A stretch of DNA of 64,000 nt from the NCBI RefSeq assembly GCF_006345805.1, contig NC_042997.1:19034001-19098000 (forward strand). Direction: 5' to 3'. The notes beneath the pieces were generated by a model that saw only the letters and a list, made by a program, of their open reading frames with translations, searched no databases and was not told the DNA's origin. The translations under genes and the position numbers were made by a program. Positions 52,603 to 64,000 of this stretch are shown one piece after another; the first letter of the stretch is position 1; each line of letters opens with the position of its first letter. This DNA is from Octopus sinensis (lineage: Eukaryota).

Positions 52603-55600
52603 CATCATCATCATCATCATCATCATCATTTAACGTCCGCTTTCCATGCTAGCATGGGTTGGACGGTTCAACTGGGGTCTGGGGAGCCCGAAAGCTGCAC
52701 CAGTCCAGTCAGATCTGGCAGTGTTTCTACAGCTGGATGCCCTTCCTAACGCCAACCACTCCGAGAGTGTAGTGGTGATTTTATGTGCCACCGACACAGG
52801 TGCCAGACGAGGCTGACAAACGGCCACGCTCGGATGGTGTTTTTATGTGCCACCGACACAGGTGCCAGACGAGGCTGGCAGACGGCCACGCTCGGATGGT
52901 GTTTTTTTATGTGCCACCGACACAGGTGCCAGACGAGGCTGGCAGACGGCCACGCTCGGATGGTGTTTTTATGTGCCACCGACACAGGTGCCAGACGAGG
53001 CTGGCAGACGGCCACGCTCGGATGGTGTTTTTATGTGCCACCGACACAGGTGCCAGATGAGGCTGGCAAACGGCCACGATCGGATGGTGCTTGTTACGTG
53101 CCCACAGCACGGAGGCCAGTCGATGCGGTACTGGCTACGGCCACGTTCGGATGGTTTCTTATGTGCCACGTGCCACCGGCACTGGTACCACAAAGATACA
53201 AATTCCATTGATGTCATCTATTTTGATTTGTTTTGATTTGATTTGTTTTTCACTTGCCTCAACAGGTCTTCACAAGTGTCACAAGAAGGAAGGTATGCAC
53301 AGGTGACTGACTACGTCCCAGGTAGGGGCCATGGGTTATGGCCTGACTAGTCTTGCCGGGTCTTCGGATGGTGTTTTTATGTGCCACCGACACAGGTGCT
53401 AGATGAGGCTGGCGAACGGCCACGATCGGATGGTGTTTGTCATGTGCCCACCGCACTGACTACGGCACTGATGGATTTCTTGTGTGCCACAGGCACTGGT
53501 ACCACAAGATACAAATTCCATTGATGTTCATCTATTTGTCTATTTTGATTTGATTTGATTTGATTTGATTTTCACTTGCCTCAACCGGTCTTCACAGGTG
53601 TCACAAGAGGAAGGTATGCACAGGTGGACTGACTAGTCTTGCCGGGTCTTCGGAAGGTGTTTTTATGTGCCACCGACACAGGTGCCAGATGAGGCTGGCG
53701 AACGGCCATGATCGGATGGTGTTTGTTACGTGCCCACAGCACGGAGGCCAGTCGATGCGGAACTGGCTACGGCCACGTTCGGATGGTTCTCATGTGTGCC
53801 ACCGGCACTGGTACCACAAAGTGTGTGCCACCGGCACTGGTACCACAAAAAAAAAAAGATACAGATTCCATTGATGTTCATCTATTTTGATTTGTTTTGA
53901 TTTGATTTTCACTTGCCTCAACAGGTCTTCACAAGTGTCACAAGAAGGAAGGTATGCACAGGTGGACTGACTACGTCCCAGGTAGGGGCCATGGGTTATG
54001 GCCTGACTAGTCTTGCCGGGTCTTCGGATGGTGTTTTTATGTGCCGCCGACACAGGTGCTAGATGAGGCTGGCGAACGGCCACGATCGGATGGCCAGTGA
54101 TGCGGTACTGACTACGGCCACGTTCGGATGGATTCTTGTGTGCCACCGGCACTGGTACCACAAGCGGTACTGACTACGGCCACGTTCGGATGGATTCTTG
54201 TGTGCCACCGGCACTGGTACCACAAGCGGTACTGACTACGGCCACGTTCGGATGGATTCTTGTGTGCCACTGGCACTGGTACCACAAGGATACAAATTCC
54301 ATTGATGTTCATCTATTTTGATTTGTTTTGATTTGATTTGATTTTCACTTGCCTCAGCAGGTCTTCACAAGTCGGAAGGTATGTACAGGTGGACTGACTA
54401 CGTCCCAGGTAGGGCCCACGGGTTATGACCTGACTAGTCTTGCCGGGTCTTCGGATGGTGTTTTTATGTGCCACCATGTTCCCACAGCACGGAGGCCAGT
54501 CGATGCAGTACTGGCTACGGCCACGTTCGGATGGTTTTCTTGTGTGCCACAGGCACTGGTACCACAAAGATACAAATTCCATTGATGTTCATCTATTTTG
54601 ATTGATTTTCACTTGCCTCAGCAGGTCTTCACAAGTGTCACAAGAAGGAAGGTATGCACAGGTGGATCGACTACGTCCCAGGTAGGGGCCACGGGATATG
54701 GCCTGACTAGTCCTGCCGGGTCCTCTCATGCACAGCACACTTCCATAGGACTCGGTCTTCAGTCATTTCCTTGGTGAGACCTAAAGTTCGAAGGTCGTGC
54801 TTCACCACCTCGTCCCAGGTTTTCCTGGGTCTACCTCTTCCACAGGTTCCCTCAACTGCTAGGTTGTAGCACTTTTGCACACAACTATCTTCAGCCATTC
54901 TCGTCACATGACCATACCAGCGCAGCCGTCTCTCTTACACACCACAACTGACACTTCTTAGGTTCAACTTTTCTCTCAAGTACTTACACTCTGTCGATTA
55001 TGAACACTGACATTACACATCCATCGGAGCATACTGGCTTCATTTCTTGCAAGCTTACGCATATCCTCAGCTGTCACGGCCCATGTTTCACTACCATGTA
55101 GCATGGCTGTACGTACACACGCATCATATAGTCTGCCTTTTACTCTTAGCGAGAGACCTTTTGTCACCAGCAGGGGTAAGAGCTCTCTAAACTTTGCCCA
55201 GGCTATTCTTACTCTAGCAGTTACACTTTCAGCACACCCACCCCCGCTACTGACTTGGTCTCCTAGGTAGCGGAAGCTATCAACTACTTCTAGTTTGTCT
55301 CCTGGAACGTGGTAGAAGTTGGACTCTGCACATTTCCAGTGTTTATTTCCCCTGAGCATCTGCCACAGACAAAAACTATTTTCTTAGTTAGCCTTCCTTT
55401 GACATTGCTGCACCTCTTATGTGTCCATAGCTTACACTTGGTGCACCTTATAGAGTTTCTACCTACACCTTTTTTACAGATCGAGCAGGGCCATCTACCT
55501 GAAGTCGTTTGTGGTTGGTCCACCTTCCTACTTATTAGGACTTTGGTTTTGGCTAGGTTGATTCTAAGGCCCTTCGATTCTAATCCTTGTTTCCACACCT

Positions 55601-56110
55601 GAAACTTCTCCTCCAGTTCTGATAGTGACTCAGCAATTAGAGCAAGGTCATCAGCATATAGGAGCTCCCAGGGGCATCCTGTCTTAAATTCTTCCGTTAT
55701 TGCCTGGAGGACTATGATAAATAGGAGGGGGCTGAGGACTGAACCTTGGTGGACCCCAACCTCTACCCGAATTCTTCACTGTACTCGTTGCCAACCCTCA
55801 CCTACTAGCTGCGTCTCTGTACATGGCTCGCACAGCTCTCACTAACCATTCATCTATCCCTAGTTTCCTCATTGACCACCAGATAAGGGATCGGGGGACC
55901 CTGTCAAAGGCTTTCTCTAAGTCAACAAAAGCCAGGTACAAGGGCTTACCTTTGGCTAGGTATTTCTCCTGCAGCTGTCTTACCAGGAATATAGCATCAG
56001 TAGTACTTTTCCCTGGCACGAACCCAAACTGCATATCATCTAAGCTAACTCTCTCTCTAATTAACTGGGCTATAACCCTCTCCGTAACCTTCATTACCTG
56101 ATCCAACAGC
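52603..56110 (-). mobile_element. Young 5'-truncated RTE LINE (copy B) with a greatly expanded 3'UTR
   Basis: ORF pieces 55798-56106, 55290-55598, 54976-55359 and 54707-54907 are colinear with copy A and separated by 1-nt indels; (GAT)n tail at 52603. Confidence 0.95.
52783..54720. repeat. Satellite-like array in the RTE 3'UTR: five 62-64 bp units, then five ~270-430 bp higher-order modules
   Basis: 62-bp units start at 52783, 52845, 52909, 52971 and 53033. The junction gccgggtcttc|gga recurs near 53365, 53651, 54025 and 54452. Three ~62-bp units occur at ~54102-54290. Confidence 0.9.
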
Positions 56111-56299
56111 GGAAAAAATAAATAGTTACCAGGGTAGCAAAAATCTCACAAGTAAAGAGGTTTTTTTAAACAATATTAATAGCGTTCAGTTAATTGCTAT
56201 ACAAATCCATCATTTTTTGCTAAAATGTCTTATTGATGAGTTTCGTTTTTTTCACTTTCCTGAAGAGAAGATTGCATTGTTTATACCATTTATTCTTTT

Positions 56300-56596
56300 G
56301 ACATTCTTCAGGTGGTTTCTAAACCTTCTTAGCGAGTTATAAACTATGAAGTATTTGTTTAGTAAGACACCCACCCACATCTTATATATTAGCTCTGTTG
56401 AAGTGGAAGCTATCAGGGGAAATAAAACAACAATAATAACAACAATAAATGCAGTCTTTTGAAGAATCCTACCTTAGTGCTAAATTGAAATTAATGATGT
56501 TTCTATGGAACTAACTTGGCTTCGCATCCTCCTCCACCGTTCCCAGTCCCTGTTTATAACTCGCTAAGAAGGTTTAGAAACCACCTGAAGAATGTC
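56300..56596. repeat. Perfect 45-bp inverted repeat (56300-56344 / 56552-56596)
   Basis: GACATTCTTCAGGTGGTTTCTAAACCTTCTTAGCGAGTTATAAAC and its exact reverse complement 207 nt downstream. Confidence 0.95.
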
Positions 56597-56630
56597 TAAG
56601 ATGTGCTGACACGAAACGATTGTAGTGGTT
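56579..56630 (+). ncRNA. Minimal type-I hammerhead ribozyme motif, probably from a Penelope-like element
   Basis: Stem I AACCAC/GTGGTT; core CTGAAGA; stem II TGTC/GACA with an A.C mismatch at 10.1-11.1; GAAA; stem III AC[GATT]GT; cleavage triplet GTA, site after 56624. Confidence 0.75.
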
Positions 56631-56755
56631 ATTCATTGGTTAAATTTCAATTTATATAAATTATTTTATATTTTACGTATTGGCTTAAGTCTTTCTTTGA
56701 TTGATTTGCATAATAGTGGTTTTGTCTCTAATTTATTATAATATATATATATATA

Positions 56756-57030
56756 CCATCATCATCATTTAGCATCTGTTTTTCATGCTGGCATCGGTTG
56801 GATGGCTCAACTGGGATCTGGGAAGCCAGGAGGCTGCACCAGGCTCCAGTCTGATCTGGCAGTGTTTCTTTCTACAGCTGGATGCTCTTCCTAATGCCAG
56901 CCACTCTGAGCGTGTAGTGGGTGCTTTTTATGTGCCACCAGCATGGAAGCCAGTTAAGATGGCGCTGGCATCGGCCACGTTTAGATGGTGCTTTTTACAT
57001 GCTACAAGCACAGGGATCACATGTGTGAGC
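56756..57030 (-). mobile_element. RTE 3'-end copy next to (TA)n
   Basis: Family tail and UTR. Confidence 0.8.
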
Positions 57031-57066
57031 ATGTATGTGTGCATGTGCACATGTGTGTACATGCAT

Positions 57067-57104
<38 letters not shown>

Positions 57105-57770
57105 GTGAGTGTGATTTGTGTTTTCCATAAAACGAAAATAATGATAATAAATGACAATGCAGAAAGCCACTGTTCTTTGAAGAAAATCATTTATGATACT
57201 TTCCTTGTCCCAGTGAATCAGCAATAGATTCTATGTAAATCTGTAACCAAATTAGCTATTGTTTCCCAACAAAAACAAAAAGAAAATAGAGAATAGCATC
57301 TAGTTTGAAACCTAAATGTGTCCTCCTTCTCTTCCTTCTCCTCATCATCATCATCTAACGTCTGATTTCTATGCTAGCATGAATTGGACATTTTGACAGG
57401 AGCTGGCAAGGCTTGGAGTCACACCAAGTTCCATTGTCTGTTTTGGCTTGGCTCCTACAGCTTTTTATAAGGCACATCTCCAGAGCTTTTTATGAGACAT
57501 CATCACTAGTTCTTTTTATGTGGAACCATCATTAGTGCTTTTCATGTGTAACTAGCACCAGTACTTTTCACATGGCACCAGCTCCAGCCCTAGTGCTTTT
57601 TACATGGTATTAACATGAGTGCTGTTTATCTGGTACATGCTGGACTACATTTAATATGTGCAAGCAAACACTAGACACATAAGAAAATGAATCACAAGAG
57701 AAGTTTTATTCAGAATTAAGGCATGTTTTAATAATAATATCTAGTATGATATGAAAAATGTCTAATAGGG

Positions 57771-58190
57771 TAGGTGTAGGAGTGGCTGTGTGGTAAGTAG
57801 CTTGCTTACGAACCACATGGTTTCAGGTTCAGTCCCACTATGTGGCACCTTGGGAAAGTGTCTTCTGCTATAGCCTTGGGCCAACCAAAGCCTTGTGAGT
57901 GGATTTGGTAGACGGAAACTGAAAGAAGCCCATTGTATATATGTGTATATATATATATGTATGTGTGTGTATATGTTTGTGTGTCTGTGTTTGTCCCCAC
58001 AACATCGCTTGACAACCGATGCTGGTATGTTTACGTCCCCGTAACTAAGTGGTTCAGCAAAAGAGACCGATAGAATAAATACTAGGCTTACAAAGGATAA
58101 GTCCTAGGGTCAATTTGCTCAATTATAGGTGATGCTCCAGCATGGCTGCAGTCAAATGACTGAAACAAGTAAAAGAGTAAATGAGAGTAA
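57771..58190 (+). mobile_element. Full-length family 1 SINE
   Basis: As for 6896-7295, with complete head ggtgtaggagtggctgtgtgg. Confidence 0.85.
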
Positions 58191-58825
58191 GGTATTACTG
58201 TTATAATTGTTTGAACCCCAATACTCACTTGGTACTCTATTTTATAAATCTTAGAAGGATGGAAGGCAAAGTAGACTATGGCTGGTTTTAAACTCCAAAT
58301 GCAAAGAAGCAAAATATACATTTTTTTCCCAAAGCTCTGATAACTCTACTGATCCCCTATTTATCATTCTACTAAGCTTAAAAACACTTTCTTATAAGAT
58401 ATCAAGCGTTTCTTTATAACATCATCTTATTTCTGTTGGGTACAGTTATATAACAATAAGATAAAGGCCATCTTCACGAAGAAGAAATTTTTATATTTGC
58501 CATTTCCTTATTTAGATATTATCAGTGACTTTTAATCTTCAGTTGCTTAAAATCTAGAATGAAAAATCAGTGGTTGAAGACAGTTCCTTATTGGACACTT
58601 GTCAACATTTAGAGTTTAGTATTTAGATTTTGTCTACAGAGATTGAATTTATCTCTCAAGCTATCCATTTGCTAATTTCTTTTTCTTGCCCACTAAAGCA
58701 ATAGCGCATGGATCATGCTCAAGAGTTTCTCTTGAGTACAAGATGTAAATTAGAATTGTCTGTTTTGGGTTAAGAATTACTTTTGCAGTTTTTCACCAGA
58801 AATATAAACATTAAATAAGTGCATG

Positions 58826-59140
58826 TGTGACTATGTGGTAAGAAGCATACTTCCCAATCACATGGTTCTGAGTTCAGTCCCACTGTATGGCATCTAGGGC
58901 AAGTATCTTCTACTGTAGCCTCGGGTTGACCAAAGTCTTGTGAGTGGATTTGGTAGATAGAAACTCAAAGAAGCTCATCGTGTATGTGTGTGTGAGCGTG
59001 TCTTTGTGTCTGTGTCCCTGCCCACATCACTATTTGACAACACGTGTTGGAGTGTTTACATTCTGTAATTTAGCAAAACTGGCTGATAGACTAAGAACTA
59101 GGCTTAAGAAGTAAGTCCTGGGGTTGATTTGTTTGACTAA
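58826..59140 (+). mobile_element. Family 1 SINE, older and 3'-truncated
   Basis: Head and CORE-like motifs. Confidence 0.75.
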
Positions 59141-59320
59141 AACCCTTCTAGAATCTGTATTCTATTTACATTTACCGATGTCTAATTGGTGAACATATGG
59201 TAACCAAATTCTTTTAGTACTGCCAGTATTTTTTAATCCATTTTTCATTTATACATACATGTATATATACATATATATATATATATATGTATGTATGTGT
59301 GTATGTATGCATGTATGTAT

Positions 59321-59376
<56 letters not shown>

Positions 59377-59380
59377 TTTT

Positions 59381-59465
59381 GACTTTTTATTAAAATCTTA
59401 TGTATTGATTAAGTCTTTCCTTGTTTGTTTTGCAAAATAGTGGTTTTGTCTCTAATTAATATTAT
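59381..59465 (+). repeat. Second copy of the sequence that follows the hammerhead (56665-56745)
   Basis: ttaagtctttc.ttg.ttg.tttgca.aatagtggttttgtctctaatt followed by (TA)n in both copies. Confidence 0.75.
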
Positions 59466-59482
59466 ATATATATATATATATA

Positions 59483-59520
<38 letters not shown>

Positions 59521-59539
59521 TACATACAGATAGATAGAT

Positions 59540-59609
59540 ATCAAAATAAGCAACACGGATATCGAGAGGTAATGCATTATCTCTGGATATCCTTGCTGCT
59601 TATTTTGAT
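59540..59609. repeat. 70-bp near-perfect palindrome
   Basis: 31 of 35 positions pair Watson-Crick around the centre TAATGCATTA. Confidence 0.9.
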
Positions 59610-60798
59610 TTTAATCACCTTAAATTGAAACTGTATGATAATACCATACTAAATTCTGGTGCCTCAACTTAAGTACCATATTCATCTGAATCTCTCTCTC
59701 TATATATATATATAGTCCGTTTGTTATCTAAATCTGATTTTTATAGAACTATCCCTGATGTTTCAGGAGTGTAACCTCACCCCCTTAGATGTCTGGAGAA
59801 CTCAGATGTTTTTTCGGCTGATGGGTACGGGTCACTTATATTTACTGCAATATTTTCAGCCTTAATAAAGCTGGTCTTCGTACAAAACAATTGTACCGAA
59901 ATATTGATCCATTTTTGTTGCTTTTTTCTTGTGTATATATATATATACATATATATGCTTTCTGTATTATGTCCCAAAAAGTTTTTTATCTCATTATACC
60001 TTTTATTATTTCATATATTTTTATATTTTCACACATAATGATTTTTTATGTACTTTTCTATCCTGCATTTTTTTTCCTGTGCCTATATATATACATACAT
60101 GTATATAGATTTATTTGTACACGTGTGTGAATATGTATGAGTGGGCAGTTTTAGATGTGTGCATGTGCGCTGGCATAAGAATGCACATATATATATATAT
60201 ATATAGACGTTTTTACTTAGTATTTTTCCATTTTTTTTTGGGGGGGGGCATATGTATATTCAATTTTTGTATATGCATGTGTATGTATGCGTATATAAAT
60301 ATGTGCGGGTATGTACATATATAGGCGAGTGTGTGTATGAGTGCATAGGTGCATGTCCGTATATAAACGTGGTTTTTATGCTTTGTATACTTCCTTATGT
60401 TTTTTTCTGTTACCTTTAACCATGGTTTTTCTTGTGCTTGTGCGTATATAGATGTATGTATGAACTTTTACGGTTCGCATGTGTGTGTGTATGAGTTTGT
60501 ATATATATTCGTATATATTTGGTGAAAAATGCGAGTGAAGATGTGTACGTTTTCATAGTGACGTATAAGTACGCACGTGGGTCTGTGAGCAGAATTATAA
60601 TACAGTAATTTCCCTTTATATAACGGTATTTTTTCATAGCGTTTTTCAGATAGCCAGATAACCGAAGAGATGGTGTTGTGAAACTCAGAATTTTATCTTG
60701 ACTATTGAGTAAATGTAACATATTGTTTTATAGATAAATTTCCTCTATTTACATAATATTGAGGTCTCTTCCTTTCTTTTGTTATCTTACCGTTTTTA

Positions 60799-60848
<50 letters not shown>

Positions 60849-60890
60849 TAGATAGATAGAAAGCGGACATTAAATGAGGATGATGATATA

Positions 60891-61290
60891 TATCATCAGC
60901 ATCATCATCATCACTTAACGTCCGTTTTCCATGTTGGCATGGGTTTGACGGTTTGACTAGGGCTAGTAAGCTGAGGGGTTGTACCAGATTACAGTCTGAT
61001 TTGGCATGGTTTCTATAGCTGGATGCCGTTCCTAACACCAACTACTCTGAGAGTGTAATGGGTGCTTTTACGTGCCACTGGCATGGGTGCCAGTTGTATG
61101 ACTTTAATATCTGCCACAATTTCTTCTCAAGCATGGCATATTGCTAAAGGTCTTGGTCCTTTGTCATTGCCTCCATGAGGCCCAATGCTTGAAAGGTGCT
61201 TTTTATGTGCTGCTGTCACAGGTGTCGGTTACATGACACCAACACTGGCCATGACTACAATTTCACTTGGCTTGATGAGTCTTTTCACAC
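60891..61290 (-). mobile_element. RTE 3'-end copy, joined tail-to-tail with a ~30-bp opposite-strand RTE tail (60859-60886)
   Basis: gaaagcggacattaaatgaggatgatga, TATATA, then catcatcatcacttaacgtccgttttc. Confidence 0.75.
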
Positions 61291-61393
61291 ATACTCATGC
61301 ACATGCACATAATATATATATGGATAGAGCGATAAATAGATATACTGAATTACATATATAGATGTACTGAATTACATATATGTATATATATCC

Positions 61394-61797
61394 TGTGGCA
61401 GTGTGGTAAGTAGCCTGTCTACCAACCACATGGTTCCGGGTTCAGTCCCACTGCGTGGCACCTTGGGCAAGTGTCTTCAACTATAGCCTCGGGCTGACCA
61501 AAGCCTTGTGAGTGGATTTGGTAGATGGAAACTGAAAGAAGCCTGTCGTATATATGTATACATATATATGTATGTATGTGTGTGTGTTTGTGTGTCTGTG
61601 TTTGTCCCTCTAGCATTGCTTGACAACCGATGCTGGTGTGTTTATGTCCCCGTCACTTAGCGGTTTGACAAAAGAGACTGATAGAATAAGTACTGGGCTT
61701 ATAAAGAATAAGTCCCGGGGTCGAGTTGCTCGACTAAAGGTGGTGCTCCAGCATGGCCGCAGTCAACTGACTGAAACAAGTAAAAGAGTAAAAGAGT
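61394..61797 (+). mobile_element. Full-length family 1 SINE
   Basis: As for 6896-7295. Confidence 0.85.
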
Positions 61798-63579
61798 ATG
61801 TATATATATATATATATCTATATATATATGTATGTATACACATACACATACAAGATATATACAGAGAGAAAAGAGAGAGAGAGAGAGAGAGAGAGATTGG
61901 CAATGGATATGACTAACAATTTGTTAACATATTAAGAAATATCTCGAGAATGTTTTTGTTTCATTTTAAAATTCTCTCTTAATATTTGAGAAACATGCAT
62001 CAAGATGAAATTTGTTATTAAATAAAATATAAGAGAAACAAAACAAGAAAATCATTCTTTGAAAATATTGCAATAAGCTTTAGTTGAGAATTTTCAATAA
62101 TGATCAAAGAACATGTTTGCATGAAAAAATTGAGAAAATGTATCTATTTTCTTGCTAGAACACTGATAGGTTTTCTATCCCACAAACACTTTCAATATTA
62201 CTGCGACAAAATAAAACCTTTCTAAAATTGTATCCAATAATATGCAATAAATATTACATTGGTTGTGTGTATAATAACCAAGCAAGAACATACTTATCAA
62301 ATAAATTGTTGATAATATATTTTGATATATGTAGCTAGTGCTAAACAGTAGATGGTAATTTTCCAACAAGCCAAGGTTGAAGTGGAGTGTTAGTTATCAC
62401 TTGCATCCATTTTCCTTCTCTCATGCTTTTCTTTGAAAAAGGCAATGAATGTCACAATTTCTCATTCCACTTAATATAATATATAGGATCTTCAAGTATT
62501 ATATTGCCTCTAAAAAGTTTCTAAGTAGTAAAAAGAAGCAATGTATCTTGATATTAAATATGCAAACAGTAAATTAAAATTGTAATAAACTCTATATTGG
62601 TGTATTTTTTGGTAGAATCAATATGCATTTATTTAAGAAGAAACATGGATGCATATAATCACCCATTAATATAGAAGTTACACTTATAGCCTTGTTTACT
62701 GTTAATTTTGCACATCATTTGCTTAGTCTGCTATCAGTTTTCCTTAGAGATTACTTTCAATTTACACTGTAAAAGACATGTCTTATACCAAGTGCTAAGA
62801 CTCATATAGATGCTGATCCTATGTTCCAGGTTATAGAAGTGAAACAAACAAGGTATAAATGTTCCATATTCATTATATGCCAGGCCATCACAATCAACAA
62901 CCCCCAAAAACTCATTACTTATACTTAACCGCTAATTAAACCAAATTCATAGAGGTAATTGCTTTGTTTAATTACACAAAATACCATTGTGATTTGAACT
63001 CAAAATATTTGATCTGGTTGTTTAATTGTATATCTACTCAGTCCATTGCTCTGCAACATTTCGAGACTTCCAGAAAGTACATACATATTACAGCTTCCAC
63101 GAATTTCATTGATCCAACAGTGAATCATTTCCAGTTGTTATTCAAAACCATACTCTTTGATACAGGATACCTTTGAAGTTGAAGTTATTCACAGTATATT
63201 TTACACAAACAGTTAATTCATGTAGCTTTTATAGGTAGTTAAAGGATATATTTAAACTTAATACAATAGATGCTTGGCTAACTTCTCTTGATTATCAAAA
63301 CACCAAGGAAGATTTATTCACTAAGAATATCATTTTATAACACAAGCATTAATATTCACAAATGTATTGGCTGCTTTTCCCACTTCTGTATGTTTTTCAC
63401 GCATTGTTCGAATTACATTCCATTCCCGATTTCTGTAACCTGCTAACCGTAGGGCTTGTTTTCCTATTATTTTATTATTTCATTCACAGGTGGATCATAA
63501 ATAGAGAAATGGTTCCTAGAATATGCTTTTTGGAAATATTTGTTTGATTTTTTTTATGGTCAAGATATATATTAGGATA

Positions 63580-63800
63580 TATCATCATTATCATTAATAT
63601 TTAATGCTCGTTTCCCATGCTGGCATGGGTTGGATGGTTTGAAAGGGCTGGCAAGCCAGAGGACTTCTTTAGGCTCTACTATCAAGTTTTGACTTGATTT
63701 CTACAGCTGGATGCCCTTCCTAATGCTGAGTATGTCAGCATACTTGGTGTATTTTATGTAGCACTGGCACCAATGAGGTCACCAAGTAACTTGCAATACA
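63580..63800 (-). mobile_element. Degenerate RTE 3'-end copy
   Basis: tttaatgctcgtttcccatgctggcatgggttgg...ctggatgcccttcctaatgc. Confidence 0.7.
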
Positions 63801-64000
63801 AAGATCTATTAGCTGAATGGGAGGAGTGGCATTGGGGTTGGTGGCTTTGTGCCAGGTGATGAGAGGTTAAACTATGACAGGGGGAACAGAAACAGGTGCC
63901 TTGCTGTAGAGGAGGTACATAGTTAACCTTATCAAGGAGAGTGAGAAGGGAATTAACAAGAATGCAAAAGAACAAAAGAAGAGGGGTTGGAGAGGAGAGT

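Noticed and set aside
52783-53092. CRISPR-like array of ~62-bp units with internal hairpins
   Set aside because: The units are head-to-tail near-identical with no unique spacers, lie in a LINE 3'UTR in eukaryotic DNA, and no cas genes are present.

Overview
AT-rich, very repeat-dense animal genomic DNA. The repeat landscape (RTE LINEs with (GAT)n tails, several tRNA-derived/CORE-type SINE families, long TA/CA/GATA microsatellites) suggests an octopus or other coleoid cephalopod genome; this is an inference. I could not confidently identify any host protein-coding gene. The window looks like intronic or intergenic DNA, possibly the body of a long gene whose promoter lies in the first ~0.6 kb. 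All recognisable coding sequence is transposon-derived: two young 5'-truncated RTE LINEs (45.6-47.9 kb and 52.6-56.1 kb) that carry a PHD-type zinc finger downstream of the RT core, many older RTE fragments, a 5'-truncated Tx1/L1-clade LINE (39.1-41.2 kb), a TIR-to-TIR decayed DD37-type Tc1/mariner (48.8-50.0 kb), an internally deleted Ty3/Gypsy element with both LTRs, PBS and PPT (23.9-25.1 kb), and a second gag relic. The most notable unexplained structure is a minimal type-I hammerhead ribozyme motif (56579-56630), probably of Penelope-like origin, whose catalytic core is overlapped by a perfect 45-bp inverted repeat. Other points of interest are a satellite-like array growing out of an RTE 3'UTR, RTE insertions into (TA)n tracts, and several long fold-back palindromes. 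Most long ORFs in the supplied track are microsatellite translations or antisense reads of TE ORFs. Boundaries of old, degenerate repeats are approximate, and all alignments were done by eye.
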